Positions 1-11,494 of a stretch of 64,000 nucleotides of DNA are shown piece by piece. The DNA lies in NCBI GenBank assembly GCA_965153285.1, contig OZ229111.1, one strand, 5' to 3'. The stretch's first letter is position 1. The number at the start of each line of letters is the position of its first letter. The position numbers and the translations under genes are program-made. A model generated the notes under the pieces. That model saw only the letters and a program-made list of their open reading frames with translations, ran no database searches and was not told the origin of the DNA. This stretch comes from Podarcis tiliguerta (taxonomy: Eukaryota).

Positions 1-497
1 CTTTGGTGTCAATAGATGTGGTGCCAATGAATGTGCGTGAGTTGCACAGAAACAGTCTGATTAGGGGGTAAATGGGAAGGAGCGCGGGAAGCAGTAAAGA
101 GATGCAAGAGGGCAGTCTACACGCAAATGCATCTACTGGCTCATGAAGAGTGATCTCTGCATAGTTATGCACTGACTCTTATACACCCACATACTGAAAT
201 ACACTGTGCAGTTCAACACTGAAGCTCCCCAGCACTACTTCACACCATCCCACTCCCAGTTTCCTGTTACAGCACACATCTTTAAGTCTGGCTACAGGAG
301 AGTGGAAACCAGCTACAATTCCTCTGGCTATAACTGCTCTTCCTTTATAACACCCCAAATACTTGTCTGCAGACAAAGAGTAGGACAGGTCTCAACATAG
401 ATTAGTGACCGAAATCTTTTGGCTGGACAGAAAAGAAGCAAGAGAGATGATCAGTTTCTCTTTCCAATCCCCAAGAAACACGAGAAAAGAAGTGGCT
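1..497 (-). other. TEX264: TEX264 3' UTR / downstream region (end not determinable)
   Basis: Lies immediately 3' of the stop codon. The only canonical AATAAA overlaps the stop itself. Confidence 0.6.
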
Positions 498-820
498 TTA
501 TTCTTCGCCCCTTTCTTTCTCCAGGGCAATAGGCTCCTTGGTCCATTTGGCCTTGGCGGTGTCCTGGTCCTCAACAGAACCAAGGTCAGCCGACAGACCT
601 GCCATTCCATCACCATCGCCATTGCCTTCCAAGTCCAGTTCCTCAAAGGAGGAGCCACTAGCCCCTGACTCGCTGTAACTGTGCTCACTGCGATTGTCCA
701 CCTCATCTCGGCTGTGGCCAGACGTGAAGGGGGACAAGATGGAGGTAGCCACTGAAGTATCTCTGCTGTTGGTTGTAGTCTCCAAGCTGACAGAGCTGTT
801 CTCACTTAAGGTGTCGGTCC
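498..820 (-). CDS. TEX264: TEX264 last coding exon (disordered C-terminal tail with LIR)
   Basis: Acceptor ttttacataaag| (AG at 822-821), phase 1. Translation (G)TDTLSENSSVSLETTTNSRDTS...RSEHSYSESGASGSSFEELDLEG...KWTKEPIALEKERGEE, stop TAA at 500-498. SEHSYSESGASGSSFEELDLEG matches the TEX264 C-terminus as I recall it. Confidence 0.95.
636..647 (-). other. TEX264: Codons of the TEX264 LIR core FEEL (ATG8/LC3-binding), preceded by the Ser-rich SESGASGSS tract
   Basis: Minus strand reads TTT GAG GAA CTG at 647-636. Confidence 0.9.
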
Positions 821-1066
821 CTTTATGTAAAAGAAGAACAAAGAGTTAATACTGGGGAATGATTATAAACTCAGAACCATGAAGAAGCATCCACTACACA
901 TCTCCACCCTTGCAGTTATTTGAACATACTTTGGATTCTTCAAGCAATAGGAGTTTAAAAAAAACCATGCAATTTCATCCCACCAAAAAGTATATCACAA
1001 GGACATGGGGAGGGTTTTAAGAGTGTGATAAGCAGCAAAAGCCTATACCAAGCTAAATGGATCCAC

Positions 1067-1152
1067 TGACTGTATAATGGACTGTATCATATGCTTTGAC
1101 TGTATAATGGACTGTATAATGGATTGACAGTATAATGGACTGTATCATATGT
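1067..1152. repeat. Minisatellite, ~12-bp GACTGTATAATG units with CATATG variants
   Basis: gactgtataatg gactgtatcatatg ... gactgtataatg gactgtataatg ... gacagtataatg gactgtatcatatg. Confidence 0.85.
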
Positions 1153-4100
1153 TATCTTACTAATTTAAGACCCTTGGGTTTGGCCAGAGACATAGTTTAG
1201 AAGATAAATCTACGGTCCAAAATAGCGATCTTGTGGTGTTCATTCCCACCAAAGCATTCAAGAAGGCAAAGCTAAGGCTTCTAGGCTTAGATGCTTCGCT
1301 GTCAGGATCCTTGAAGACCACCCAGATCAGCACACGGCAAAATTGGCAAACCAGTAGCTATTAAAGCAAGAATTGTTCAGGAAGGCAAATCATAATTTAA
1401 TGCATTAGAAAAAGAAACATTAAATAGCATTCTAATTCATTGTTCTTCCAATCTTGTGTTGATAGTAAACCAGTATTAACCCTTCTCTCTTAAGGACTCT
1501 GTATCTACAGTTACTTACCTGGATGACCTGAGAGAGTGACAAACTGTTCCTCCTAGTTGGGCAGAGATTTCATGAGCAAGGGGTGTCTCTGTACAGTTGG
1601 TGACCCCCTTCCCCCATATCAGACTGGATTATTCCAGGGAAATAATCTTTTGACAGCTTAGGTCCTCTTAGGAAAGAAAACTGCATGATTGAATCTAATT
1701 AAATAAATTTACTAGTAACTCAGGATGATTGACTAAGGCTTGTCTCACAGGAAAGTATGGATGAATTTTTAAGAAAAGAAAGAAGAGTAAGAGCTTTCTG
1801 ATCTCCATTCAATAAAAAGGCAGCAAACCCCAGCCAAGTTTAGTGGTAACTTGTCACAAGTTAGTACAGAAAATATAGCTACAAAATTGGAAAGCAATTG
1901 CAAAATAGTGTAGGCATGGTGCCCATGATTTGGATCACACTGTTATTTCCCTTCTCAACAGAATGACCTGAGAACATTTGTACAACACCGTGGCCCAACA
2001 TAAAATTGATCTCTAAATGTATTCTCTGCTTGAAATGCAAAAACAATGTGTGTTGGAATATCTGGAACATATCTGGAATGTATTAGAAGATACCTTTACT
2101 AGGAAACATTGGTAAACATACTTTCACATACTCTCTTTGGTTAAACCAAAGAGCTTTAGAGAATGTTGACATGAGGAAAGTGCATTCATATTGCCCTCTA
2201 CTGGACAAAATGCATCTCCTATCTTGCAATCCTGTCCCCTTACTGAAATGTCATGGCTTTCCCCTTAACAGGCTTAGAAGTAGAATACAAAGATTGTATG
2301 AAAGAACTTTGTTAACATTTCCAGTTTTGCCAGAGACTCCTTCTAGGGTTTCCTACAGCAGCATTTAGTATGTAACTAAATACTGAAACTGAAACACGAA
2401 GAGAAAAGAGAGGAGGAATGGAATCACACAACAGCTGAAACTTGATAGACAGGTAGCCAAGGGCAAGCTTGCTATTAAAAGTCATAAAAACATGATTATA
2501 TGCTCAGCTGTTTAAAAAATGTATTGTGGAATTCCCCTCATAACAACAGCAGCACTCCAGCAAGGAGCAAGCCAAGGCACACATGTAGCGGATTAGAGTG
2601 AGTGGGTGGATGGGTAGTTCCCACTTTGCATGCAACCATTCTTGGACTGGGGCGAGGGCTTCCAGTGGCAGCCAATAATGTGTTCATGTTTGCACAAGGC
2701 AAGCTGTGTCTTCTTGCATTTCATAAACTTACAGTTACCAGCTTACCCAGCAGGGACATGAAAATATCCTGCGCATACATATCTTACTGCCTGCTCACTC
2801 AAACTACAGAACTCATCTATAGCAAAAGGTGGAACAGAGCCTCCCCCCTTTAAATTTCTATGTGGATATTGACAGATTTTACATGGATACTCCGCAGTGA
2901 AGTCTTTGTTTAGGAAGAATCAAGAAAAAAGGGAGCAGGGTGGTTCGCTTGAACCAAAGTCTCTTCCTAATAACAATGTTTTGAACATGTGCTGTAGGAA
3001 AATGATCTTTGTGAGCTCCTTAAATTTAACAGGAGGCAGTTACACACATAATATACATTGGGGGTGGCTAAACACCAGTTGGGGGGGGGGATCACCTACA
3101 TCCAAAGGCAATGTTTCTCAAATTTTGGCAGTGGCAGAAAAAAAAAGTCAAATTAAAGTAGACACAGTAGAGCAGTGGACAGAAATACAAATCATCTGGC
3201 CCTCATCTCAACAAATCAATCATGTGATGGGTGGAGAACGGTGATAAGCCCCTCCCCTCAAATGGTTTGTATGGATCAGATGAGAAGGGAGTCTATGTGC
3301 CTGTGTGTGTCCTCTGTATGTGTGCATGCATATGACAGTGTGCATATGTGTGTGCATGTGAGAGTGTGCATGTGAGAGCGTGATGTGGCCACACCTACTT
3401 TTGTCCATATTTGCTACTGGTATGTGGTCCCGAAGGGTTGGGAAGGATAAATGTGGCCCTCAGCTCCCCGCACACACAAAAATAGCCATCCCTTATATAA
3501 ATGACTCCAAGACACATTCCGGGTCCTCCAGAACCTTTCCTTCTCCCCCTCCTCTTTCCACTTTCAACTACCAGACCTTTATCCAGTCCTTAACATACTG
3601 GTGTAGAATACCGTATAGATTTCTGCAGGATGTTGGTGCTTGTTAGCTATTCTTGTTTGATTCTCCCTTAGTGTTGCCTGGTTCGCAAATAAAAACAGCT
3701 TTATTGTTAAGAGAGTAAGTAACTGGCCTGGAAACCTGAGTGCTTTTAAAAGAGCACCTTTATTCTTCAGATGCTTTTTTAGCATTAGGTCCAGCTCCCC
3801 GCACTTCCACAAAGGCAGCACTAAAACCTGCCCCCTCCAGCACTTCTATCCCCAGTCACGAGTGACGCATGAGGAACAACAAAGTTTGCATTTTGGGAAC
3901 ACAGTGTGCCTAAGGCTTTTTTGTGTGTGTGGTCAACAAACTTAAATATAACTCCAAAGGGGACATTAGATGTTTGATGGAAAGTTTCCCTCTCCTTTCA
4001 CTGCAGTTTGTGAAGTGTAAGCCCCCTTGGTGATGGTGTTGCTCTTTAAGCTAAGTCCTGTTATGTGATGCCCCTACACTGCAACAACCCTGATGTAAAT

Positions 4101-4244
4101 AGTTTAGCTCCTCCTGCTAGAATCTGTGGGGCCAGACAACGGCAAAGTATACAAGGAAGTCCAATCACATATTTTAAAAACAGAGAAGGATGCATGCATA
4201 TATAATGTCTTCTAAAGCCCCCTTTTAGCACAGTTGCATCTGAT

Positions 4245-4385
4245 AGTCCATAGCACATGCTTCCTTGTGGAAGATCCCATGTTCAATCCATGGCATCTCC
4301 AGTTAAAGGTTTTTGGTAGCAGGACTGAGCAAAATTCCTGTCTGAAATGCAGGGTTGACTCACTTTAAGGCAGCTTTCTGTATCT
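4245..4385 (+). mobile_element. Old tRNA-derived SINE fragment (Squam3-like)
   Basis: gttcaatccatggcatctccagttaaag ... aaggcagctttctg; similar to the copies at 40808, 43545 and 52367. Confidence 0.55.
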
Positions 4386-5204
4386 CACAGAATTGTGAAG
4401 ATATGGTCACCAACCTCTTGTTGTTTGGATACCCAGTGCTCGTTGTAAAACTAGATAAGCTTGTTTTCTTATCAACTATATTCTTCTAAGGTTCAATTAT
4501 TTATTTCTAAAATTTTGGGTCTAATTTTCCCAGTATTATTGTTTTGTTTTTAGAAAACGAGAAACTTTCAATTACGCAAATCTCTGGCATTCTCTATGTT
4601 ATACATGATCATATTATTCCATACACAACTCATGTGCTCTTCAGTTAGAATAGTGACTACTACACAGGCTGCAGGAAGCAAGCACGTATTCACAAATAGC
4701 AAAGGTAAGTACATACATTTTTTTTCTGAGGCAACAAAGCTAAGCTAGTATTACTCCAATTCTTATTTTATTAATAACATTGGTTCTAACTGCAGTTTGG
4801 GGAACTTCTCAGCATGGCATGTAGTGGAGCTGAAAGATAAGGGCTACAAGCACCATAAGTTGATCTGGATTCAAGAGAAATTGTGGGAGGAATTTCACGC
4901 CACACTCTTATGAACCTTCTGTCAGGGCATGTATTTTGTCTTGCCGGATGGAACAATCTCCTCTCTCCACCCCAGGGGTTTTCTTAATCCTCCAGAGCCA
5001 CTTTTCATGGGTGCTATAGGGAGGGGCAAAACTCATTGCACAAGTGGAAGTCCTTGCGCAGGGCTTCCACTGATGGGACTCATTAGTTGAATCTTGCCCA
5101 TTGCCTCCAACAATGGAGAAAGAACATAGCCATTGTGGCCCAGTATTCATTACTCGCCAAGAATTTGTCTAACCCCTTTTCAAAGTGATCCAAATTGGTG
5201 GCTG

Positions 5205-5407
5205 NNNNNNNNNNNNNNNNNNNNNNNNNNNNNNNNNNNNNNNNNNNNNNNNNNNNNNNNNNNNNNNNNNNNNNNNNNNNNNNNNNNNNNNNNNNNNNNN
5301 NNNNNNNNNNNNNNNNNNNNNNNNNNNNNNNNNNNNNNNNNNNNNNNNNNNNNNNNNNNNNNNNNNNNNNNNNNNNNNNNNNNNNNNNNNNNNNNNNNNN
5401 NNNNNNT
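5205..5407. other. Assembly gap (N run)
   Basis: About 203 consecutive N. Confidence 1.
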
Positions 5408-5845
5408 TATGAATGAAAACATTCTTTGAAAGTTAGATCCCTTGTACTGTTACGATGTTGCAAGTCTGTGTAGTAGGAGATCTTGGTAACAGGTGAGAGG
5501 AGAGATACAAAATCATTTTGTCAGAGAGAGAGAGACGGTTGTGATTTGGACAGTTGGGGGTTGGAGCAGATGAGGGAGGGAGTGGGGAGAGACCAGAAAT
5601 ATGTTGAGGGAAATGTTGAGGCCTGAAGATCAGGAATAGGGAGTCAGTGGCTACATTGTTCTGAGAGTAAAGGTTTTACCAGAGGAAGGTTACACAAGCA
5701 GGTATTTAAAGTTGGCTAAACAGACAAAGCAGCCAGAAATACAATCAGAGGAGCTTCGGGATGTAGACACAGACTGTCCCCTGTTGCTGGACTGGGTTGT
5801 GGGAATATTTCACTGGGGTGGAATTTGGCTCGAGGTAAAAGTCAC

Positions 5846-6083
5846 TTCAATGGAAGGATAGATTCTGAAGCTGAGACTCCAATACTTTGGCCATCTCATG
5901 AGAAGAGAAGACTCCCTGGAAAAGACCCTGATGTTGGGAAAGATGGAGGGCACAAGGAGAAGGGGACGGCAGAGGATGCGATGGTTTGGATAGTGTTCTC
6001 GAAGCTACCAGCATGAGTTTGACCAAACTGCGGGAGGCAGTGGAAGACAGAAGTGCCTGGCATGCTCTGGTCCATGGGGTCAC
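5846..6083 (+). mobile_element. RTE-BovB LINE 3' fragment lacking its tail
   Basis: ctgaagctgagactccaatactttggccatctcatgagaagagaagactccctggaaaagaccctgatgttgggaaag...ccatggggtcac; nearly the same as the copy at 46745. Confidence 0.9.
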
Positions 6084-7271
6084 TATCTACCTGAGGTGTC
6101 TTGTGTGAAGGTGCCGCAGGGCCAGGGAGGGATATGCGCCGATGGCGATAGCCGGGTTGTGGCCATGCAGCTGCACCCAGGGGACCCTGGCCCTCCCGCT
6201 GGCATGCAAGGAGGTCCTTCCCAGAAGTGCTCGTCCACAATCTGGGTCCCTTCTTCCGCACTGACAATGATTCTTTCCCCCATTACACCCACATGGATGT
6301 TGGCATTAATAACAAGAAAAATCTGCTGGGATCTAGGAAAGCAGCCTTTTATAGTTGTTCTGACTATTCCCTTGAGAAGACTCATCAATAGCTATAAAGC
6401 ACAATCTGTTCTCCCTTAGCAAGCACTTGTCAATAAAAGAATCAATAAAACAATGGACTTGGAAACATCACTATTTCTACAAAGTACACCAAGAAACTTA
6501 ACCCCACATGTAAGTGTCCTGAGACCTAAGCAATTGACTCTGGCCCCCAGGAACAAATCTCTTGAATAAGAGTCTGTTTACAGTTACTGCCACTGGAACA
6601 TAATCCTTGTCTTCCTGGCCAATTCAGGGACAAATGGCTTTAATGCACACAATGGTAAAGGCATCTCCTCATCTTTTCTCCCGATCTTGTGAAGTATTAT
6701 TAAGTAAGAAACATGAACAATTATTTTAAGGCTTCAATCATATACCTGCTTCTTGGGAATAATGCAGGGGCAAGCTCTGTAATTCTCCCTAGCATAAGGT
6801 TTTTTTAAAAAAAAAAGTGTGGCTACTGCTTTCATCCCTAACTGCCTTGCATATAGAAAAATGACTGGCCAAAACAGAGAGAAGAGGCTGGAACAGCACA
6901 TCAGATAAGAATGAAGTAGCCAAACAGGGCTGAGGAATCATACAGGTCTATGTCTAAATTTGGACCCATGGCTGAACTGCGTTAGTATATGAAAATGAAA
7001 CAGTGGGACTATGCTTCAGACAGGCAGAGCATCTCAGGGAAAACTGAAGTACCAGGTGAAATAACAGAACAACCAAGTGCCAGTAGCATGTCTTCAAATT
7101 ATTGCCTGGCTCCATGCCTTAGATACAGGTTTGCTGATATTTAGGCTGCTTTCTAGCATTTTCTAAATGCAAGCCCAAAAGGCTTCAACAAAAGGTGTCA
7201 TGTCATTCCTACAGATATCCTAGGGAGGCAAAAGCTACCCCCTGAAAAGTATGAGGGCTGAGGTAGCAGAC

Positions 7272-7395
7272 TAGGGGTAGTCATTATGATGCTTCTCAAA
7301 TATTGTGGACTACAGTTCCCATTAGCTCCAGACAGCATGGCCAATGATCAGATATGATGGGAGTTGCAGTCCACAACATCCAGAGTGTATATTGC
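7272..7395. mobile_element. Short palindromic non-autonomous DNA transposon (hAT-like MITE common in lizards)
   Basis: Inverted arms tgtggactacagttcccat ... atgggagttgcagtccaca. Related copies at ~17040-17185, 35945-36062, 52800-52880 and 58795-58895. Confidence 0.6.
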
Positions 7396-10300
7396 TCACA
7401 AAAGCGCTCAGCTTCAGAAACTGTAGATCCAGAATAAAATAAGGCTTGCGGAGGTGCTTGGCACCCACCTCCCCCCTGCCTTTCCTTATACAGGACTATT
7501 AGCCTCCCTGGCAGGAGAGTTTGCATTTACTTTAAAAACAACTCCAGCCTTTCTTTGCACAACTGTCACATGAAGCTAGCTGCGCTCTCTCCAATGAGAT
7601 TCTCACAGGTAATTGCTGCCCAAGGAGACAAGTGCTTGCATGAAAACCACCGCAAAGCCTGGAGAGGGAATAAGTGATTAGAAAAGCACAAACTTTAGCA
7701 CAGGCAGGTAGTACATCTTCACCATTCCCTTGAGAGAATGCTGAGAGCACAGGCACAGCGCTTCCTTCCTGGGGCTATGGTGTCTTACAAGCACATCCAA
7801 GTACGAAAAATATCTGACAGCAAGCAACACACTGTCAAAAATGGTCTGAGACCTTGTGAGACTCATTTGGTGGACTAAGTAGACAGACTAGCTACAAAAG
7901 GGCTCACATTCTGTAACACTCAGGCTATGTATACCACAACAGGTGCCTGTGCATTTTGGAATTTCCCAGGGCCCTGGAGTGGTATCACAGTGTATCCTGC
8001 ATCATGTATACTCAGATGTTGGAAACTGGTGCTTTTACAAAGACTACCCTCATTGTAGCTAGTGGAGGAGACATTGGTATCAAAGAAAGGGAGCTCAAGT
8101 GTTATATTTCTTTATGATAAAGAATGACTATTGGTAACCAAGAGTACCCATCCTTTAAGGCTGCATCTGTTAACAGGAAAGAAAAGGTGTGCATGCATCA
8201 GACCGTTCAAATGTAATAGCAACAATTCTGGGGACTACTGTTTGAGTAGAAAGAGCTGTTTTTCTGCCCTATCCAACTTGAACCACATTCACAAGTTTAA
8301 ACTAACCCCACCCACCTCAGGACAAAAATGTGGTGAAAGTGCTCTGAGGCCATAAGCAGATGTTACATGGGATGCAGTTGTTATCTCTTAAGGAGAAATC
8401 TAGGTTGCAGAAAATGGAATCTTCACTCTCTCAGCACTTGAACAGAAGCATCTTGTAGTTCAAAAAAGGAATAAGATTATTTCCCAAGGAAAGTTGCTAT
8501 GATTTGGAGAGCTGTCTGGAGTGTGACTGCAGTAAGAATTAGAACCTCTGACTTCACTGATTAGTAGTGACTCCCATGCCACATTGCAATGACCCCAGAA
8601 CCAACCAGTATTCAACACAGAAATAGGTGGGAGCCAAAACTGGCTAGTCTCAAGGCAAAGCATGGAGAAGCTCCATGGCATTTCCACCTCAGTAGCAAAG
8701 GCTAAAATGCACTTAATGAGCTGGTTGTCTGGATTAGCCAAGAATCAGCAAGATCCATTATTTTACTGAGAATTCAATTTGAAGCAATCAGGTGGTGTGA
8801 GAAAAAAGACCAAGGCAAATCCGGTGGAGCAACTGAGCTATTTCTACAGATAGGTAAACAATAAAAATAAGAATTATTTTATTAATCTGATTAAGAATAG
8901 TCAGAAACTGCTTAAAAGCCGCTGCAGTGCAGTTACTGCATTCATATTTCAGATATACAGTATGAGGCATAAGATTTCAGAAGATGTTCCATTTCTTGTA
9001 CATACGTCCACCTATAGATTGTTGTGTCTGTTAACTATATCTCATATTCCCACATAAAATCTCAGCACCTTTGCCCCAGTTTCAAATCCTTGTCTCAAAG
9101 ACCCATGTAATCCATTGCTCTGAATGACTATATTCCTAGATTTGAGAACAATGCAACTAAAGTGTAAAGAAGAGATAAATTTGTCAGATTAACAGCAAAC
9201 AAAAAAATCCTGTTGTTAGTTGCCAGGGCAACACAGCAGATAACAACATATTTGTGTAAGCCATTAACCATTTTTAATTATGACATCACTTTCTGCTATG
9301 TTCTCATAGCTGAGAAAAGGACCAATGCCCTCTATGTTTGAGCCCCATTTGTGTGTTACTCATGTGTAGGACATAGTGGTATTTATGTTGGCATGGTCCC
9401 TGCCCTCTCCCCGATGTCCCTTCTTTCTCTAACAACTACTAAGGACAATCCTCACTGAAGTGCAAATATTGCAAACCATAAGTACTCTTCTTCCTCTTCT
9501 TTAAGTAAAGTACAGAAAAGGATTAGGCCAATTCCAGTCTTGCAGGAGGCACACAGGTTTCTCATCTATCAGAAGAGTCCAGATTCAAAGTTCTCTGCTG
9601 CAAGTGGCTTTGTCAAAAATAGCCTTGCAGTGAGATCTATTCTCTAGCAATTCCAACCTGGATTTCCCTGAACCCCAAGGGGGCACCTCTGCCAGCAGAT
9701 GCCAACAACTGGACTATAGACTCCTTGGAGGATCAAGGAAGCCACAATGAGCTTCCCCTAAAAATGTCCCTGCAGTTTAAAATCCACTGCCCCTAGAGGA
9801 AGCCAACAGTTGCAGAAAAACCAGCTGGCCCTTTAAGTGGTGTAGATTCAGGGGGCAAGGCTGTAATAGTATCTAGCTCAGACTAGAAAACTCTTGTGGT
9901 TGCTCCAGAATAGTGGTGAGACGATGTGTTTCTTTCTCTGGATGGATAATCATGATCCTGAACTATAAATCAGCATCTTGGTACTTTGTCTAGACCTCCA
10001 ACCTTGTCTGAGTTTCTAGTCTATTCTGGAGCCCTGGACCTCCTGGTCTCCATCTTACTTGGGTCATCACCACTTCTTGATAGTGGACACTGAACCTTTC
10101 TTTCAACAGTATGTTTAAATAATCTTGGCTGGTTTGCAATTTCTTTTGTACATTAATTTGCAGTCTGTAGCCATGCATCTTTGTTCCACAATTTCCTTAG
10201 ATGTTATAAGATCAGGGGAAGTCAGAATTTGATTCGACACCTCAAGGGACCATTAAATTACTAGGGACTCAGTAGGCATCATTCTTTTTTGGTCAGTATT

Positions 10301-11277
10301 GAGTCATGTACTAGTACCACTACCAGGCACTATACACTACGGGTGTGTTTTGATGCTTTTCCGGGGCTAAGCAGAATGTGCCCCTATCAAACAATTTGCA
10401 TATGTGAAAAATGGGTTGGGGGGGGGCAAAAGCTTTTTCAAAACACCTCTAAAAGCTCCCTTCTTTTGCACTGGTTCACAATTCTGGCACCTGTAGCCTC
10501 AGCTCCATTTTATGTCTGAAAAATGTTCTTCTGAGTAATAGTGAGATTGCTAGAGAGCTAATCAAATTTGGTGACATAGTGACATCACTGGGAGCAATAC
10601 TCTCTTTTTGTTGACTGTATGCCCTCAGTGACATCATCACATAGCCAAATCTTACAGGTTGTATAATGATATCACCCTAGGATGAAAAACTATTTTTCAA
10701 ACAATAGCACCGAAATTGCTGCAATTTCAGGATGCACAGAGGCTCAAAATGGAATGCTGTCAAATCACACCTTATGCTGATTTTACTTATGTGATTGTTT
10801 GTTTATTATGTGATCTGCATAATTCTACAAACAAACAAATAGTGCAGGAGACTCTTGCTTACCGGGCCCTGGAAGCTGGCAGCCTCCAAAACTCCCATGC
10901 AACCATTCCAGAGTCTGGTAAACAAGACGGAGGGCTTAAAAGCTTTTTCCAGGAAGGGTTTTCCCACCACGGAAAGCGTTTTTAAGCCCTCTACCTTGCT
11001 TACCAGACTCTAGGAAGGTCTTATGTGGGCTCTGGAGACCTTCTCAAGATCTCAGGTGGATGGGGTTATTCTGATTTTATACACAACCCTCAGGACCATA
11101 ACACCCAGGTAACTCTTCAATATATGTTAAGAGTTGTGCATCTTCACTGCGGTGCTCTCACATTTGCAGAAATTAATTTTTTAAAAAAATAACCCCCCAA
11201 ACCCTGATCTCAAAGTTGGAATCATATTTCAGAGGGGAAAGAGAATACACACAAAATGTGCTCTCTTGTTTCGGTTA

Positions 11278-11494
11278 TAGTCGTACCTTGGTTTTCGAAC
11301 AGCTTAGTTCTCAAATGTTTTGGCTCCCGAACGCCACAAACCCAGAAGTGACAGTTCCAGTTTGTGAACTTTTTTTTGAAAGCTAAACATCCGACGCGGC
11401 TTCTGCAATCAGAAGCTGTGCTTTGGTTTCTGAATGTTTTGGAAGTCAAACGGACTTCTGGAACGGATTCTGTTCGACTTCCAAGGTACGACTG
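11278..11494. mobile_element. Tc1/mariner-superfamily (pogo/Tigger-like) MITE
   Basis: TA|tagtcgtaccttgg ... ccaaggtacgactg|TA: 13-bp TIR match with TA flanks. Confidence 0.85.

Noticed and set aside
392-805. 137-aa minus ORF and 87-aa plus ORF overlapping the last TEX264 exon
   Set aside because: Alternative-frame and antisense shadows of the real exon; no recognisable protein.
1067-1152. CRISPR-like repeat array
   Set aside because: Units are 12 bp with no unique spacers, and the context is a vertebrate intron.
5133-5429. ORFs spanning the N run
   Set aside because: Artefacts of the assembly gap.
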